Part shown: positions 45,045-53,721 of the stretch, in pieces
How the letters are laid out: the number at the start of each line of letters is the position of its first letter
Position numbering within the stretch: the first letter of the stretch is position 1
Source: Candidatus Micrarchaeota archaeon
Lineage (GTDB): Archaea; Micrarchaeota; Micrarchaeia; Norongarragalinales; Norongarragalinaceae
Reading direction: 5' to 3'
Length of the DNA: 59,884 nucleotides
Assembly: GCA_016212375.1 (NCBI GenBank)
Contig: JACRGH010000010.1
Span: forward strand, 1-59,884
Notes under the pieces: model-generated
The model's input: only the letters and a program-made list of their open reading frames with translations
The model's database searches: none
Told to the model about the DNA's origin: nothing
Made by a program: the position numbers and the translations under genes

Positions 45045-45236
45045 ATGGCTGTTGTCGACGACTTGCACATCCCGATGGACCCCACCACGCTTGCCATCGT
45101 GGGATTCGTGGTCGGGCTTTTGTTGTTATTTGGCGCCTGGGACGTACCAAGCGAGTTGATTGCCCTGATTATCGCCGGAGCGGTTTTGGTTTATCTGTCG
45201 GGTCACACCGGAATGAATCTGGAATGGGAGACTTAG
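45045..45236 (+). CDS. possible small two-TM membrane protein
   Basis: 63-aa ORF with two clear hydrophobic helices. No other support. Confidence 0.4.
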   Translation: MAVVDDLHIPMDPTTLAIVGFVVGLLLLFGAWDVPSELIALIIAGAVLVYLSGHTGMNLEWET

Positions 45237-45281
45237 AAAACGGAAACCGACTTGAATTAGGAAAAATAAAAAAAATCAGAT

Positions 45282-45965
45282 TCAACGAACTCTTGTCCCA
45301 ACAAATGCCTTTCCTTCAATCGCCGCCGTCAACTGCAACAGGTCACGGCCGTCCACGAAGTCAACGGCAATGGAGGAGCGGGCCGCCAATTTCGTCGCAA
45401 CCAAATCGAAGACGAAATTGGTGCGGGCTTTGCGTTGGTCGAATTTCACGGCCAAATCAACCAGCTCCGCATGCGTCAACCGGTCATACCGTCGGGCGTC
45501 CTTAAACTCAGACGGGTTCTTGTCGTAAATGCCATCGACGCGGGAGGCGTTCACCACACGGTCCGCGCCGATCGCCTCGGCAATCAAGACGCTGCACGCA
45601 TCGGTGGTGATGCCGGGAAGGAAGCCCCCGGACAGGACCAAATTCTTCTTTTTGAGCGCCGACACGGCGTCCAGCGGGTGCGTGATGATTTTGGAAAACG
45701 CGAGAGTGCCAAATGCTTTTTTGAGCCCTGATGCGTTTTCACGCGTGGCGTTGATGGCGTCAAAATCGGCGTAAAACTCGGCCCCTGCCTTGCCGGCCAT
45801 GCGCGTGCGGGCCGCGTCCGCGTACAAAGCGGCTTTTTGGCCTCCTCCGGTCACCACGGCGAATTTTCGGGCCTTCAAATGGGGCGAAAGAATGGCGGCA
45901 AACGACTTCGCGTAAACGGTCTGGTTCAGAAGCGAGCCGCCTAAGGAGATGACAAGTGGTTTCAT
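45282..45965 (-). CDS. pyrH: UMP kinase (archaeal type, amino-acid kinase fold)
   Basis: MKPLVISLGGSLL, VVTGGG, SGGFLPGITTDACSVLIAEAIGA and VDGIYDKNP motifs. Confidence 0.88.
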   Translation of the reverse strand: MKPLVISLGGSLLNQTVYAKSFAAILSPHLKARKFAVVTGGGQKAALYADAARTRMAGKAGAEFYADFDAINATRENASGLKKAFGTLAFSKIITHPLDAVSALKKKNLVLSGGFLPGITTDACSVLIAEAIGADRVVNASRVDGIYDKNPSEFKDARRYDRLTHAELVDLAVKFDQRKARTNFVFDLVATKLAARSSIAVDFVDGRDLLQLTAAIEGKAFVGTRVR

Positions 45966-46061
45966 CGTGAAAGAAGTAAACGCTAATAGGCTTAAAAGCC
46001 GTTTGCGGCCGTTGCCGGAATCGTAAAACCGGTTCGAAGCCGCGAGGTTCAGAAAGCCGAC

Positions 46062-46673
46062 TTACGCATGCACCGGCAAACGGATGTGCTTAGCCAGCGC
46101 CTCAAAACCATCCCGCTCCCAGGCGTTGACGAAAATCGTGTCTTTGCGGCTTCGGGACGGGATGGAAAAAGGAGATAACGTCTTTTGTTCGGTCGCGAAC
46201 AATTCACGCGTATTCACGACATTCAACACCGGCACATCCAGCGCCTCGGAAACCGCGGACATCAACGACGAGGGGGCCAATTCGGGGCTGATGAGCCACG
46301 CGGCGTCACAGAAATCGGTTGGCATTTTGGAAAACCAAATCCAATCCATTCCGGACGCGCAGTCCAATAAGACGGTACCACCGGCATGGGTGATGGCCGA
46401 CAAGCGGTCGACGAAAACGTCGTCCTTCAAAATGACGGGGTATAGTGCGGAAACGTCCGCATCGCGGCTGAAATGGCGGATGTCCACGTCCGGCACGTAC
46501 GAAAGCTTATGCACGGAAGGATCGAGATTGACGGTGGCCACGGATCCTCCCGCAATCCCCGACGTATCAGAAAGCGCAGAACCTGCATGCGGCCGGTGTT
46601 TCAAGAAAGCGGCGAACGTATAGGCCAACAAGCTTTTGCCGGCGGCATGGGGACCTAGAAGTGCGATTTTCAT
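46062..46673 (-). CDS. short P-loop NTPase, GPN-loop-GTPase-like
   Basis: Walker A GPHAAGKS, and VNLDPSVHKLSYVPDVDIRHF resembling the NLDPA...DIR segment of GPN-loop GTPases. I could not find the GPN or DxPGQ motifs, so it is a divergent member at best. Confidence 0.6.
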   Translation of the reverse strand: MKIALLGPHAAGKSLLAYTFAAFLKHRPHAGSALSDTSGIAGGSVATVNLDPSVHKLSYVPDVDIRHFSRDADVSALYPVILKDDVFVDRLSAITHAGGTVLLDCASGMDWIWFSKMPTDFCDAAWLISPELAPSSLMSAVSEALDVPVLNVVNTRELFATEQKTLSPFSIPSRSRKDTIFVNAWERDGFEALAKHIRLPVHA

Positions 46674-46770
46674 GGAAGTCTTTGTAGCGGCAGGCGTTTA
46701 AAACCGGTTTGAACCATGCGCCCAAAATGAGGAACCAAACCAAAGACGAAAAAAAGCCAGTTGCAACAAA

Positions 46771-47832
46771 TTATGCCGGTTGTTGCTGGGTGACACAGTG
46801 CAACGCCCCCATGCCCTCGACCACTTTCCGGCAGTCCAGTCCCACCACCTCGCGGTCGGGGAAAAACTCCTTCAAGATGGAGAGGGCGTCTTGGTCTTTC
46901 TTTCCGGCTTTGAAAATGGGCACCAAAACGGCGGCATTGGCGATGTAAAAGTTACAGTAGCTTGCAGGAAGGGGGCCATCTTCGTTTTCCACCAAGGGCG
47001 GCATGGGCATTTCTTGCAACTTCAAGCCGTGGATTTTGGCGTACCGCTTGAGGCGCGTTTCATTTTCCGTCAGGGCCGCATGATTGACATCGTTTTTGTC
47101 ATCGGGTTCCGGCATGGCGTGCACCACGGTTTTTGCGTTGACAAAGCGCGCCATATCATCAATGTGGCCGTCCGTGTCATCGCCCGCAAGGCCGTCACCC
47201 AGCCACAAGATGTCCCGAAAACCCAGGTGTTTCTTGAGTTTGGACTCGACTTGGGCTTTGGAAAGCGACGGGTTGCGGTTATTGTTCAGCAGACATTGTT
47301 CCGAGGTCAGGCACAAACCGGCGCCATTGGAATCGACGGATCCACCCTCAAGGACCATGCCGGGCACGTCTTTGGGAACGCCCAGGATTCCAGCGATTTT
47401 CTCATTGAGTCCCCGGTCGGCCAACAACGTCTCGTACTTGTTGCCCCAGGCGTTGAATTGCCAACACGTTGCTCGAAGGCTGGGTTTGGATTTTTTTGCA
47501 TTGGTCTTGACGTTTGCCGAAATGGATTCTTTGACGAAAATCGGACCCGTATCGCGCAACCACACATCCGCGGTCGCCACGTCATGGACCACGACGTTTT
47601 TCACTCCTGCAAGGCCTTTGGCAAAACGGTTATGCAAACGGTGATGGGCCAGGAGGTTGACCGTCTCTTTTTTGGCAATCAGGCGGATCATATCGAGCCA
47701 GACTTTTTCCACCGCCGCAAGGTCCGGGAAGGTCATCTCATCATGCGGCCATGCGAGCCACGTGCCGGCATGGAGGTCCCACTCACCCGGAAAACGAATG
47801 GACGAGGAGGCAAGAACAGAAGTCATACGCAA
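46771..47832 (-). CDS. aguA: agmatine deiminase
   Basis: 353 aa. Guanidino-modifying fold motifs (WLRDTGP, DDTDGHIDD) and the C-terminal catalytic GALHCVTQQQP. Confidence 0.92.
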   Translation of the reverse strand: MRMTSVLASSSIRFPGEWDLHAGTWLAWPHDEMTFPDLAAVEKVWLDMIRLIAKKETVNLLAHHRLHNRFAKGLAGVKNVVVHDVATADVWLRDTGPIFVKESISANVKTNAKKSKPSLRATCWQFNAWGNKYETLLADRGLNEKIAGILGVPKDVPGMVLEGGSVDSNGAGLCLTSEQCLLNNNRNPSLSKAQVESKLKKHLGFRDILWLGDGLAGDDTDGHIDDMARFVNAKTVVHAMPEPDDKNDVNHAALTENETRLKRYAKIHGLKLQEMPMPPLVENEDGPLPASYCNFYIANAAVLVPIFKAGKKDQDALSILKEFFPDREVVGLDCRKVVEGMGALHCVTQQQPA

Positions 47833-47871
47833 GAAACCTTTTGAAATTCGGCAATTGCCTTTCTTTTGGCT

Positions 47872-48732
47872 TCAACCCGTGAAGCGGTGCAGCAAATCGC
47901 CGTACGTGTCCACGCGGCGGTCGCGCAAAAAGGGCCAGCCGTGGCGCTGTAAGGCAATTTTATCCAAATCCAGTTCTGAGACCAACACCTGCTCGTCTTT
48001 AGGACTGCCTTCCGCGACGACTCGGCCAGACGGCTCAATAACCAAAGACGTGCCCCAAAACGTCAAGTCGCATTCCTTGCCCACGCGGTTCGGCGCGGCG
48101 ACAAATACCCCGTTGGCAATGGCATGGGCCCTATGCATGGTCATCCAGGCTTCGCGCTGGTCTTTGGCTACGTCTTTGGGCTCGGCCTTGTGCGCGCCTA
48201 TGGCGGTGGGGTAAAACAGGATTTGCGCGCCTTTGAGCGCCATCAGCCGCGCACCTTCGGGGTACCACTGGTCCCAGCAAATCATTACTCCGATTTTGCC
48301 GTATGGCGTGTCCACGATGCAATAGCCCAAGTCGCCGGGCGCAAAATAGTACTTCTCGGAAAAACTGTGGGCATCCTGGGGCAGATGGAGCTTGCGGTAA
48401 TGCGCTTTTTTCCCATCCGGACCCAGCACGAGGGCCGAATTATAATAGAGTCCGGCCGTGCGCTTTTCAAAAATCGGCACAATGAGCCAGATTTTCTTTT
48501 TCTTGGCAAGTTCCCCAAGCGTTTTGGCGGATGACCCATCCACCGCCTCGGCATAGTCAAAGTTGGCGTAATCCCCGTTTTGTGGGAAATACGGCGAGCG
48601 GTACAGTTCCTGCAGGCAGACGATTTTGGCGCCTTTGGCCGCCGCCTGCTCCACCAATCTGACCGCCGTTTGGACGTTGGCCTCCGCTTTGTCTTTGGCG
48701 GCGAATTGTATGACGGCAATTTTGACCTTCAT
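47872..48732 (-). CDS. aguB: N-carbamoylputrescine amidase (carbon-nitrogen hydrolase family)
   Basis: Trimmed to the ATG at 48732. Nitrilase-superfamily Glu-Lys-Cys triad contexts (CLQELY, YRKLHLP, MICWDQWYPE). Confidence 0.9.
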   Translation of the reverse strand: MKVKIAVIQFAAKDKAEANVQTAVRLVEQAAAKGAKIVCLQELYRSPYFPQNGDYANFDYAEAVDGSSAKTLGELAKKKKIWLIVPIFEKRTAGLYYNSALVLGPDGKKAHYRKLHLPQDAHSFSEKYYFAPGDLGYCIVDTPYGKIGVMICWDQWYPEGARLMALKGAQILFYPTAIGAHKAEPKDVAKDQREAWMTMHRAHAIANGVFVAAPNRVGKECDLTFWGTSLVIEPSGRVVAEGSPKDEQVLVSELDLDKIALQRHGWPFLRDRRVDTYGDLLHRFTG

Positions 48733-48754
48733 GGAAACCGACTCCGTCCTCCCG

Positions 48755-49864
48755 TCATTTGAATATTTGATTGAACTTTTTGGCCGTGCGCGTTTTCCAC
48801 GCACCGCCATGGTACGCGGCGGATGCCAACAACGGCAGCGTCACGGTGGCCTCCCCAAAGACCATCTGCTCGGCGCCTTCGTCCACTTTGCCCCAGGAGT
48901 GCGCCTCCTTCAGGGTCGAGCCGGACAATGCGCCATCCCGTTCATCTGCGACCGTCAACTGGACTGCGTATTTATGCATCGCCACATCATGCCCTAAGAC
49001 TTCACCGGCAACGACGGTATCCTGCAAGAAATTCTTGGGCACGCCGCCGCCAATCATCAAAAGACCGGATGTGCCGCCCTTGAGTTTGACCCGGGTGCAT
49101 TCCAAAAAGTCCGCCGCCGAATCAATTGAGACATGTTTTTTGGGATTGTTGTGCTGGTGCAGGACCAGACCGAACCCCGCAGAACAGTCGGAAAATGCCG
49201 GAACGAAAAGCGGAATATCTTTTTCGTACGCCTTGAGCACGATGGAATCCTTGTTCTTGCCGTGTTTTTTCAGGTAGGCGCCCATGTGCCACAAAAATTC
49301 GCGGGACGAATAAGGGCGCGTTTCCAAGGAATCGGCGATTTTGCCGATGGTCTCATCACAGATGCGCAGTTCATCCTCGTTGATGTAGGTGTCGTAGATG
49401 CGGTCCACATGCATCTGCCGCAACGTCTCATCATTGGCATAGATGTCGCCTTGGTAATGCTTGTACCCAAGTCCTTCGAAAAAATCCTGGTCCACCAAGA
49501 TGGCGCCGGTGGACACGATGGAATCGACCATGTTGTTCTCCATCAAATCCAATATGACTTTTTTCAATCCGGCGGACACAAGCGAGCCGGCAAGTCCCAT
49601 GAAAATCATGCCGTCTTTTTCGGACAGCATCGCATTGTAGATGTCGGTGGCACGTGCGAGGTTGCGGGCCTGGAAGGCCATCTTGCCATACGCGGCCATA
49701 ATGGGGCGGGCGTCGAAGGATTTGATATCAATGTGCTCAACCGTGCGGGACAACAATTGTTTTTGGGATAAACTCGGATGTGAATTTGCACGCCCGTCCT
49801 GAGTGGAGGCTTGATGGACCGGGTTTGACTTCGTATTGGACTGAACGGATTTTCGATTCGCCAT
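48755..49864 (-). CDS. dys: deoxyhypusine synthase
   Basis: GLAGSLVSAGL, STGAILVDQD, and EAHSWGKV with the catalytic Lys. The start is at 49864 (ATG) or 49891. Confidence 0.92.
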   Translation of the reverse strand: MANRKSVQSNTKSNPVHQASTQDGRANSHPSLSQKQLLSRTVEHIDIKSFDARPIMAAYGKMAFQARNLARATDIYNAMLSEKDGMIFMGLAGSLVSAGLKKVILDLMENNMVDSIVSTGAILVDQDFFEGLGYKHYQGDIYANDETLRQMHVDRIYDTYINEDELRICDETIGKIADSLETRPYSSREFLWHMGAYLKKHGKNKDSIVLKAYEKDIPLFVPAFSDCSAGFGLVLHQHNNPKKHVSIDSAADFLECTRVKLKGGTSGLLMIGGGVPKNFLQDTVVAGEVLGHDVAMHKYAVQLTVADERDGALSGSTLKEAHSWGKVDEGAEQMVFGEATVTLPLLASAAYHGGAWKTRTAKKFNQIFK

Positions 49865-50127
49865 TTTTATTCGACGTTCTCCCCACTGCACAAAACCGCC
49901 TGAAACCCAAGCGCCATGCAGGTACAGAAGTTCACCGAGCCGAAATTTAAGAGGCTTTCGCTTTTTTGCAACCCAAAAAAAACAAAAAGGCCAAAAACGG
50001 CGTTAATAATTCAGCCGGTAAAAATACGGCGTTATCGAATACCGTTAAAATACAAAAACAACGAAAGATACAGAAATTGGATATACCGAATCGAAATAGT
50101 TTGACTTCCGAGGTGGAAACCCAAACC

Positions 50128-50601
50128 ATGAACCAAAAAATATCAGCCATCATCCTTTTAGCCGGATTGGTGCTTGTCGGCTGCACCCAGAACGCTCCGC
50201 AAGCAACGCCAAGCGCCACGTTGGCCGCCACGGCCACGACGGCTGCAACGGCAACCGCACCAACCGCAAGTGTCCTGCCATCGTCCGTACCGCCGGCCAC
50301 ACAGACCCCCGCAAATGCGGCTGCAGTGCAGGAAATTACCATGACGGCCAAGCAATTCGAATTCTCACCCAGCACCATCACGGTCAAAAAAGGCGTCCCG
50401 GTAAAACTCACGATTACATCGGAGGATACGCCCCACGGGTTCAGCCTTCCGGAATTCGGCATCAGCCAGGACATCAATCCCGGAACGCCGACCGTCGTAC
50501 AGTTCACCCCGGACAAAGCAGGCACGTTCAACTTCGCCTGCAGCGTGTTCTGCGGGGGCGGACACGGCGGCATGAGCGGAACGTTGGTCGTGGAAGGCTG
50601 A
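50128..50601 (+). CDS. cupredoxin-like lipoprotein (type-1 copper site candidates)
   Basis: Trimmed to the ATG at 50128 after GAGGTGG. Lipobox-like LVLVGC, a T/A/P-rich linker, and a cupredoxin domain with HGF...FACSVFCGGGHGGMSG (His, Cys, His, Met ligand pattern). Confidence 0.8.
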   Translation: MNQKISAIILLAGLVLVGCTQNAPQATPSATLAATATTAATATAPTASVLPSSVPPATQTPANAAAVQEITMTAKQFEFSPSTITVKKGVPVKLTITSEDTPHGFSLPEFGISQDINPGTPTVVQFTPDKAGTFNFACSVFCGGGHGGMSGTLVVEG

Positions 50602-50608
50602 AAACCAT

Positions 50609-51130
50609 ATGAATGCGGTTGGAAAAATCATTGCCGCTTGGGGAATCGTCATTGCCCTGGCATGGGGCTACCTTCACGCGGACAAGATCAATTTTTTCGG
50701 CACCGGATTCCAGACATCCGCGATGATTTGGTGGACCATCCTGATGGTCCTGCTTGTGGCCGCCACTTACCAGTGGTTCCCCAATGCCAGGCAAAATAAA
50801 GTGGTGCATGCCTGGACGCTAATCTTAGCCGCCGGGCTTTTGGTCAACTATTTGAATTTGTTTGATATTTTGCCCGCAACCTTGGCCTTGTACAGCTACT
50901 ACCACACGTGGCTACTTCTGGGCGCCATTGGGTTTGCTTATACCGCCGTAAAATGGACGCCCAAATCCGCACCGATTTATTGGGCCGCAGCGGGCCTGAA
51001 CGTCTTGTTGTTGGCTTACGCTTTTTTGGCGGGCAATGACGCGTTTTTCAACGCGAATTCGCTGCTATTGGCCGGCATCGTCCAAGGACTACCCACGCTG
51101 GTCGACGGCGTCTTGAATTACAACACGTAG
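50609..51130 (+). CDS. hypothetical multi-pass membrane protein
   Basis: 173 aa, 5-6 TM helices. Lies between the cupredoxin and DM13 genes with 7-11 nt spacers. Confidence 0.65.
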   Translation: MNAVGKIIAAWGIVIALAWGYLHADKINFFGTGFQTSAMIWWTILMVLLVAATYQWFPNARQNKVVHAWTLILAAGLLVNYLNLFDILPATLALYSYYHTWLLLGAIGFAYTAVKWTPKSAPIYWAAAGLNVLLLAYAFLAGNDAFFNANSLLLAGIVQGLPTLVDGVLNYNT

Positions 51131-51141
51131 GGGGGACGAAA

Positions 51142-51723
51142 ATGAAGACCATCTTTTTGGCAACGTGCCTTGCGGCAATATTTTTGTCGGGATGCACACA
51201 ATCGGAGCCTTCCGCCGCGTCGGCCACCCCCTTCGCACAATCAATAACACCCGCGCAGGATGGAGTCGTCACGCAGGACATCCAGAAAAAAATGGACGAC
51301 GTGACCAAGGCAAGCGGGTCAACCGCCGTGGAAAAAAACACCATGACGCAAGACGAACGGGACGCCATGGCGCAAAAATCCCAAACCGGAAATACCTTGG
51401 CCGGGCCCAATGATTTTCGGCGCGTCCAATATGACATGAAAGGAAGCGCGACTATAATCGAGCGCGACGGAAAAAAGTACCTGGCTTTTTCGAAAGATTT
51501 TTCAACGAAGTCCGGACCCCGGTTGGTGGTGCGGCTAAGCAACAACGCAGAGCCGACGTCGCCATCGGCGTTGGATGGGTCCAAAAATGTCTTACTGCAC
51601 GACCTGATTGACGTCAACGGATACCAGGAATACGAATTGCCTTCCGACTACGCGGACTTCGAAACCGTGATAGTCTTCTGCGAGCCGTTCCGCGTCATCT
51701 GGGGTTATGCTTCGCTGAAATAA
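51142..51723 (+). CDS. DM13-domain lipoprotein
   Basis: Lipobox-like IFLSGC. The C-terminal GSATIIERDGKKYLAFSKDFSTKSGPRLVVRL...YQEYELPSDYADFETVIVFCEPFRVIWGYASL matches the DM13 pattern. Confidence 0.75.
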   Translation: MKTIFLATCLAAIFLSGCTQSEPSAASATPFAQSITPAQDGVVTQDIQKKMDDVTKASGSTAVEKNTMTQDERDAMAQKSQTGNTLAGPNDFRRVQYDMKGSATIIERDGKKYLAFSKDFSTKSGPRLVVRLSNNAEPTSPSALDGSKNVLLHDLIDVNGYQEYELPSDYADFETVIVFCEPFRVIWGYASLK

Positions 51724-51785
51724 ATCGAAAAATGGAAATGAAAAAGTCGACTGGACCTTGGCGGTATATTTTTATGCGCGACGAA

Positions 51786-51980
51786 TTACTTTCTGCGTTT
51801 TTTACCGGCTACCTTTGATTTGGCCCGCGCTTTAGCCAAACGGATGAGTTTGGCGACTTTGGAGTGCTTGGCTTTGCGGCTGGGACCACGGCCACCCTTG
51901 AATGACGATGAAACCGCTGGTTTTGATTTGGGCTTGATTTTTGATTTTGGAGTTTTTCTTGCCGTCCGTCGTACCGCCAT
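51786..51980 (-). CDS. possible 64-aa highly basic Lys/Arg/Ala-rich protein
   Basis: ORF-track 51786..52073 trimmed to the ATG at 51980, preceded by AAGGA. Composition is nucleic-acid-binding-like (KSKIKPKSKP...AKARAKSKVAGKKRRK). No family recognised. Confidence 0.4.
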   Translation of the reverse strand: MAVRRTARKTPKSKIKPKSKPAVSSSFKGGRGPSRKAKHSKVAKLIRLAKARAKSKVAGKKRRK

Positions 51981-52380
51981 ATCCGATTCCTTCCGATTCT
52001 TCAAATTTTTAATTCCTGTCAAGCGATTCTGGACTCGGTGGAAAAGTGCCTCAAACGCTTCGTCTTCCCTCATTGCAAACTTGACCTATCGGGGGTTTTA
52101 GAGGTTATCTTATCCGCGTCGCAAATCACGCATACAAGGCGCAGGTTTCAGTCGGCGAGTTATAGTCCAGACGCCGGACCTAATGGACGAACGCACTTCA
52201 GAGGCGGTTTGGATCGCATCCTTTCCAGGACAACCGAAATATCCCTCGGTTGACGGGATTAGCTCTGATGCCGGAACGGGTTATAAATCTTGTCCAAGCG
52301 CACTTCCGGTTTTCAAAAAAAAGCGCACACAAATGGACTGAATTACAGCATGACCGGCAAATAAGACGACGAAATAGGCC

Positions 52381-52552
52381 GGTCTTGCGGTCTAGCACAG
52401 CACAAATTTCCACTGAAATTTGAGTGGCATCACAAGTTCCCCGGAACTTGTGTGGCCTTGCGGAGTTTTCTCCGCAAGACCTTGCAAATCGCGGTGATTT
52501 GCAAGAAACCAAGACAGCTGACGGGAAATTTTCTTGGTTTGCTATAAACCAA
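52381..52552 (-). repeat. hairpin-rich intergenic module, copy R2 (reverse orientation relative to R1)
   Basis: The reverse complement reads TTTATAGCAA, then perfect inverted repeats at 52506-52514/52532-52540, 52481-52490/52496-52505, 52457-52465/52470-52478 and 52431-52440/52443-52452. The order is the same as in R1, with the blocks TTCTTGCAA, GCAAGGTCTTG and GGCCACACAA shared. Confidence 0.5.
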
Positions 52553-52644
52553 ACGGCCATTCGATTGCAACAGTATGAAAAAGGGCTGACGCTCGCTTTT
52601 TAAAAAATAAAAAAGGAACCGGTTGCCACAACGGCAGGCCGGTT

Positions 52645-53397
52645 TTACTTCTTCTTTTCGTCCTTGGCCGGAGCGGAACCCTTCGCCGCGGGCTTTCCGC
52701 CGGCTTTGGCATCCGTTGCCGAAGCAGCGGGGGCCTTGCCATCTGCGCCAACCGCGGCCTGAGCGGCACCTTCGGCGCCAGCAGCCGGAACGACTTCCTC
52801 GACTTTGGCCACTTCCACTTCCTTTTTCTTGAAAGAGATGGCGGCTTTGCCTTTCTTAGCCAAGTTCCAAGGCAACAGGGTGATGTCTTGCAAGACGACC
52901 GTATAATGTCCGGACAGTTTCAGCTGTCCGCGGTTGAACGCTTTTTTGGCAACAGTCAAAGCCGATTTATCAAAACGGGCACGGAAAACCGAGTCGCCTG
53001 CCGGGATGCGGGCCATACGTCCCTTGGGCTTGCCAAAGGAAAGTTTCATACCCTTGGAGATACGGTCAGCGCCTGCCACACCGAGCGCGGTGTGTTCACG
53101 GATGACCAAGTGCGGGAATTTGAGTACTTGCAAGAAGTAGTTGGATTCCAAATTCTTTTCCAAGTGTTTGTTGATGGCCTGGCGGGCGGCTTCCAAGGCG
53201 TTGTCACGCAGTTGGATAGGCGATTCCAGGACCAAGTCGCCTTGCATCTCATAGTAGCGGTCGGAACCCATGTTGAACTGGCGGACCTTGGAATTGGGCG
53301 CGCCTTTTACAAAGCTTTTACGGGGCTTTTTGCGCGAAATGCGGGACCACGGCTGGGCCTTGACTTCACGCATGGTTCTAGCAGGACGAATACCCAT
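52645..53397 (-). CDS. rpl10e: 50S ribosomal protein uL16 (L10e) with long Ala/Lys/Glu-rich C-terminal extension
   Basis: Trimmed to the ATG at 53397. MGIRPARTMREVKAQPWSRISRKKPRKSFVKGAPNSKVRQFNMG is the typical L10e N-terminus. The last 75 or so residues are low-complexity A/K/E/G. Confidence 0.9.
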   Translation of the reverse strand: MGIRPARTMREVKAQPWSRISRKKPRKSFVKGAPNSKVRQFNMGSDRYYEMQGDLVLESPIQLRDNALEAARQAINKHLEKNLESNYFLQVLKFPHLVIREHTALGVAGADRISKGMKLSFGKPKGRMARIPAGDSVFRARFDKSALTVAKKAFNRGQLKLSGHYTVVLQDITLLPWNLAKKGKAAISFKKKEVEVAKVEEVVPAAGAEGAAQAAVGADGKAPAASATDAKAGGKPAAKGSAPAKDEKKK

Positions 53398-53721
53398 AAT
53401 GACAACACCTTGATTTGGATGAAATTCAAGCGCGACGCCAGCCCCAAATAAGGACGACGAATGGCGCAAAATCCGTTTTGACCTAGTCGTTAAACGAAAA
53501 AGAGTCGAAAACAGCGGAACAAACATTGCCAAAACCGGTTTAAATACGTGACGAAACGCCCCACCGCAAGCGGAGGCTACATGGCAATGGGCCACAATAC
53601 ATCCGGAATGTCGAGCACCATCCCGGAACGTCCCACCAAAATTTCCGGGCAAAGGCAAAAATACGCGTGCAAGAAAATCTTATAAGCCGACGTCCCGTCA
53701 AAAATGAGGCGACTTTGAACC

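Noticed and set aside
46780-47844. 354-aa plus-strand ORF, the longest unassigned ORF in the track
   Set aside because: It lies entirely antisense to the agmatine deiminase gene, whose product has clear family motifs. Its own translation is Arg/Gly/His-rich with no recognisable motif. It is a typical shadow ORF.
53398-53658. 87-residue N-terminal extension of the L10e ORF
   Set aside because: The canonical L10e N-terminus MGIRPAR starts at the internal ATG at 53397. The upstream part has no ribosomal-protein character.
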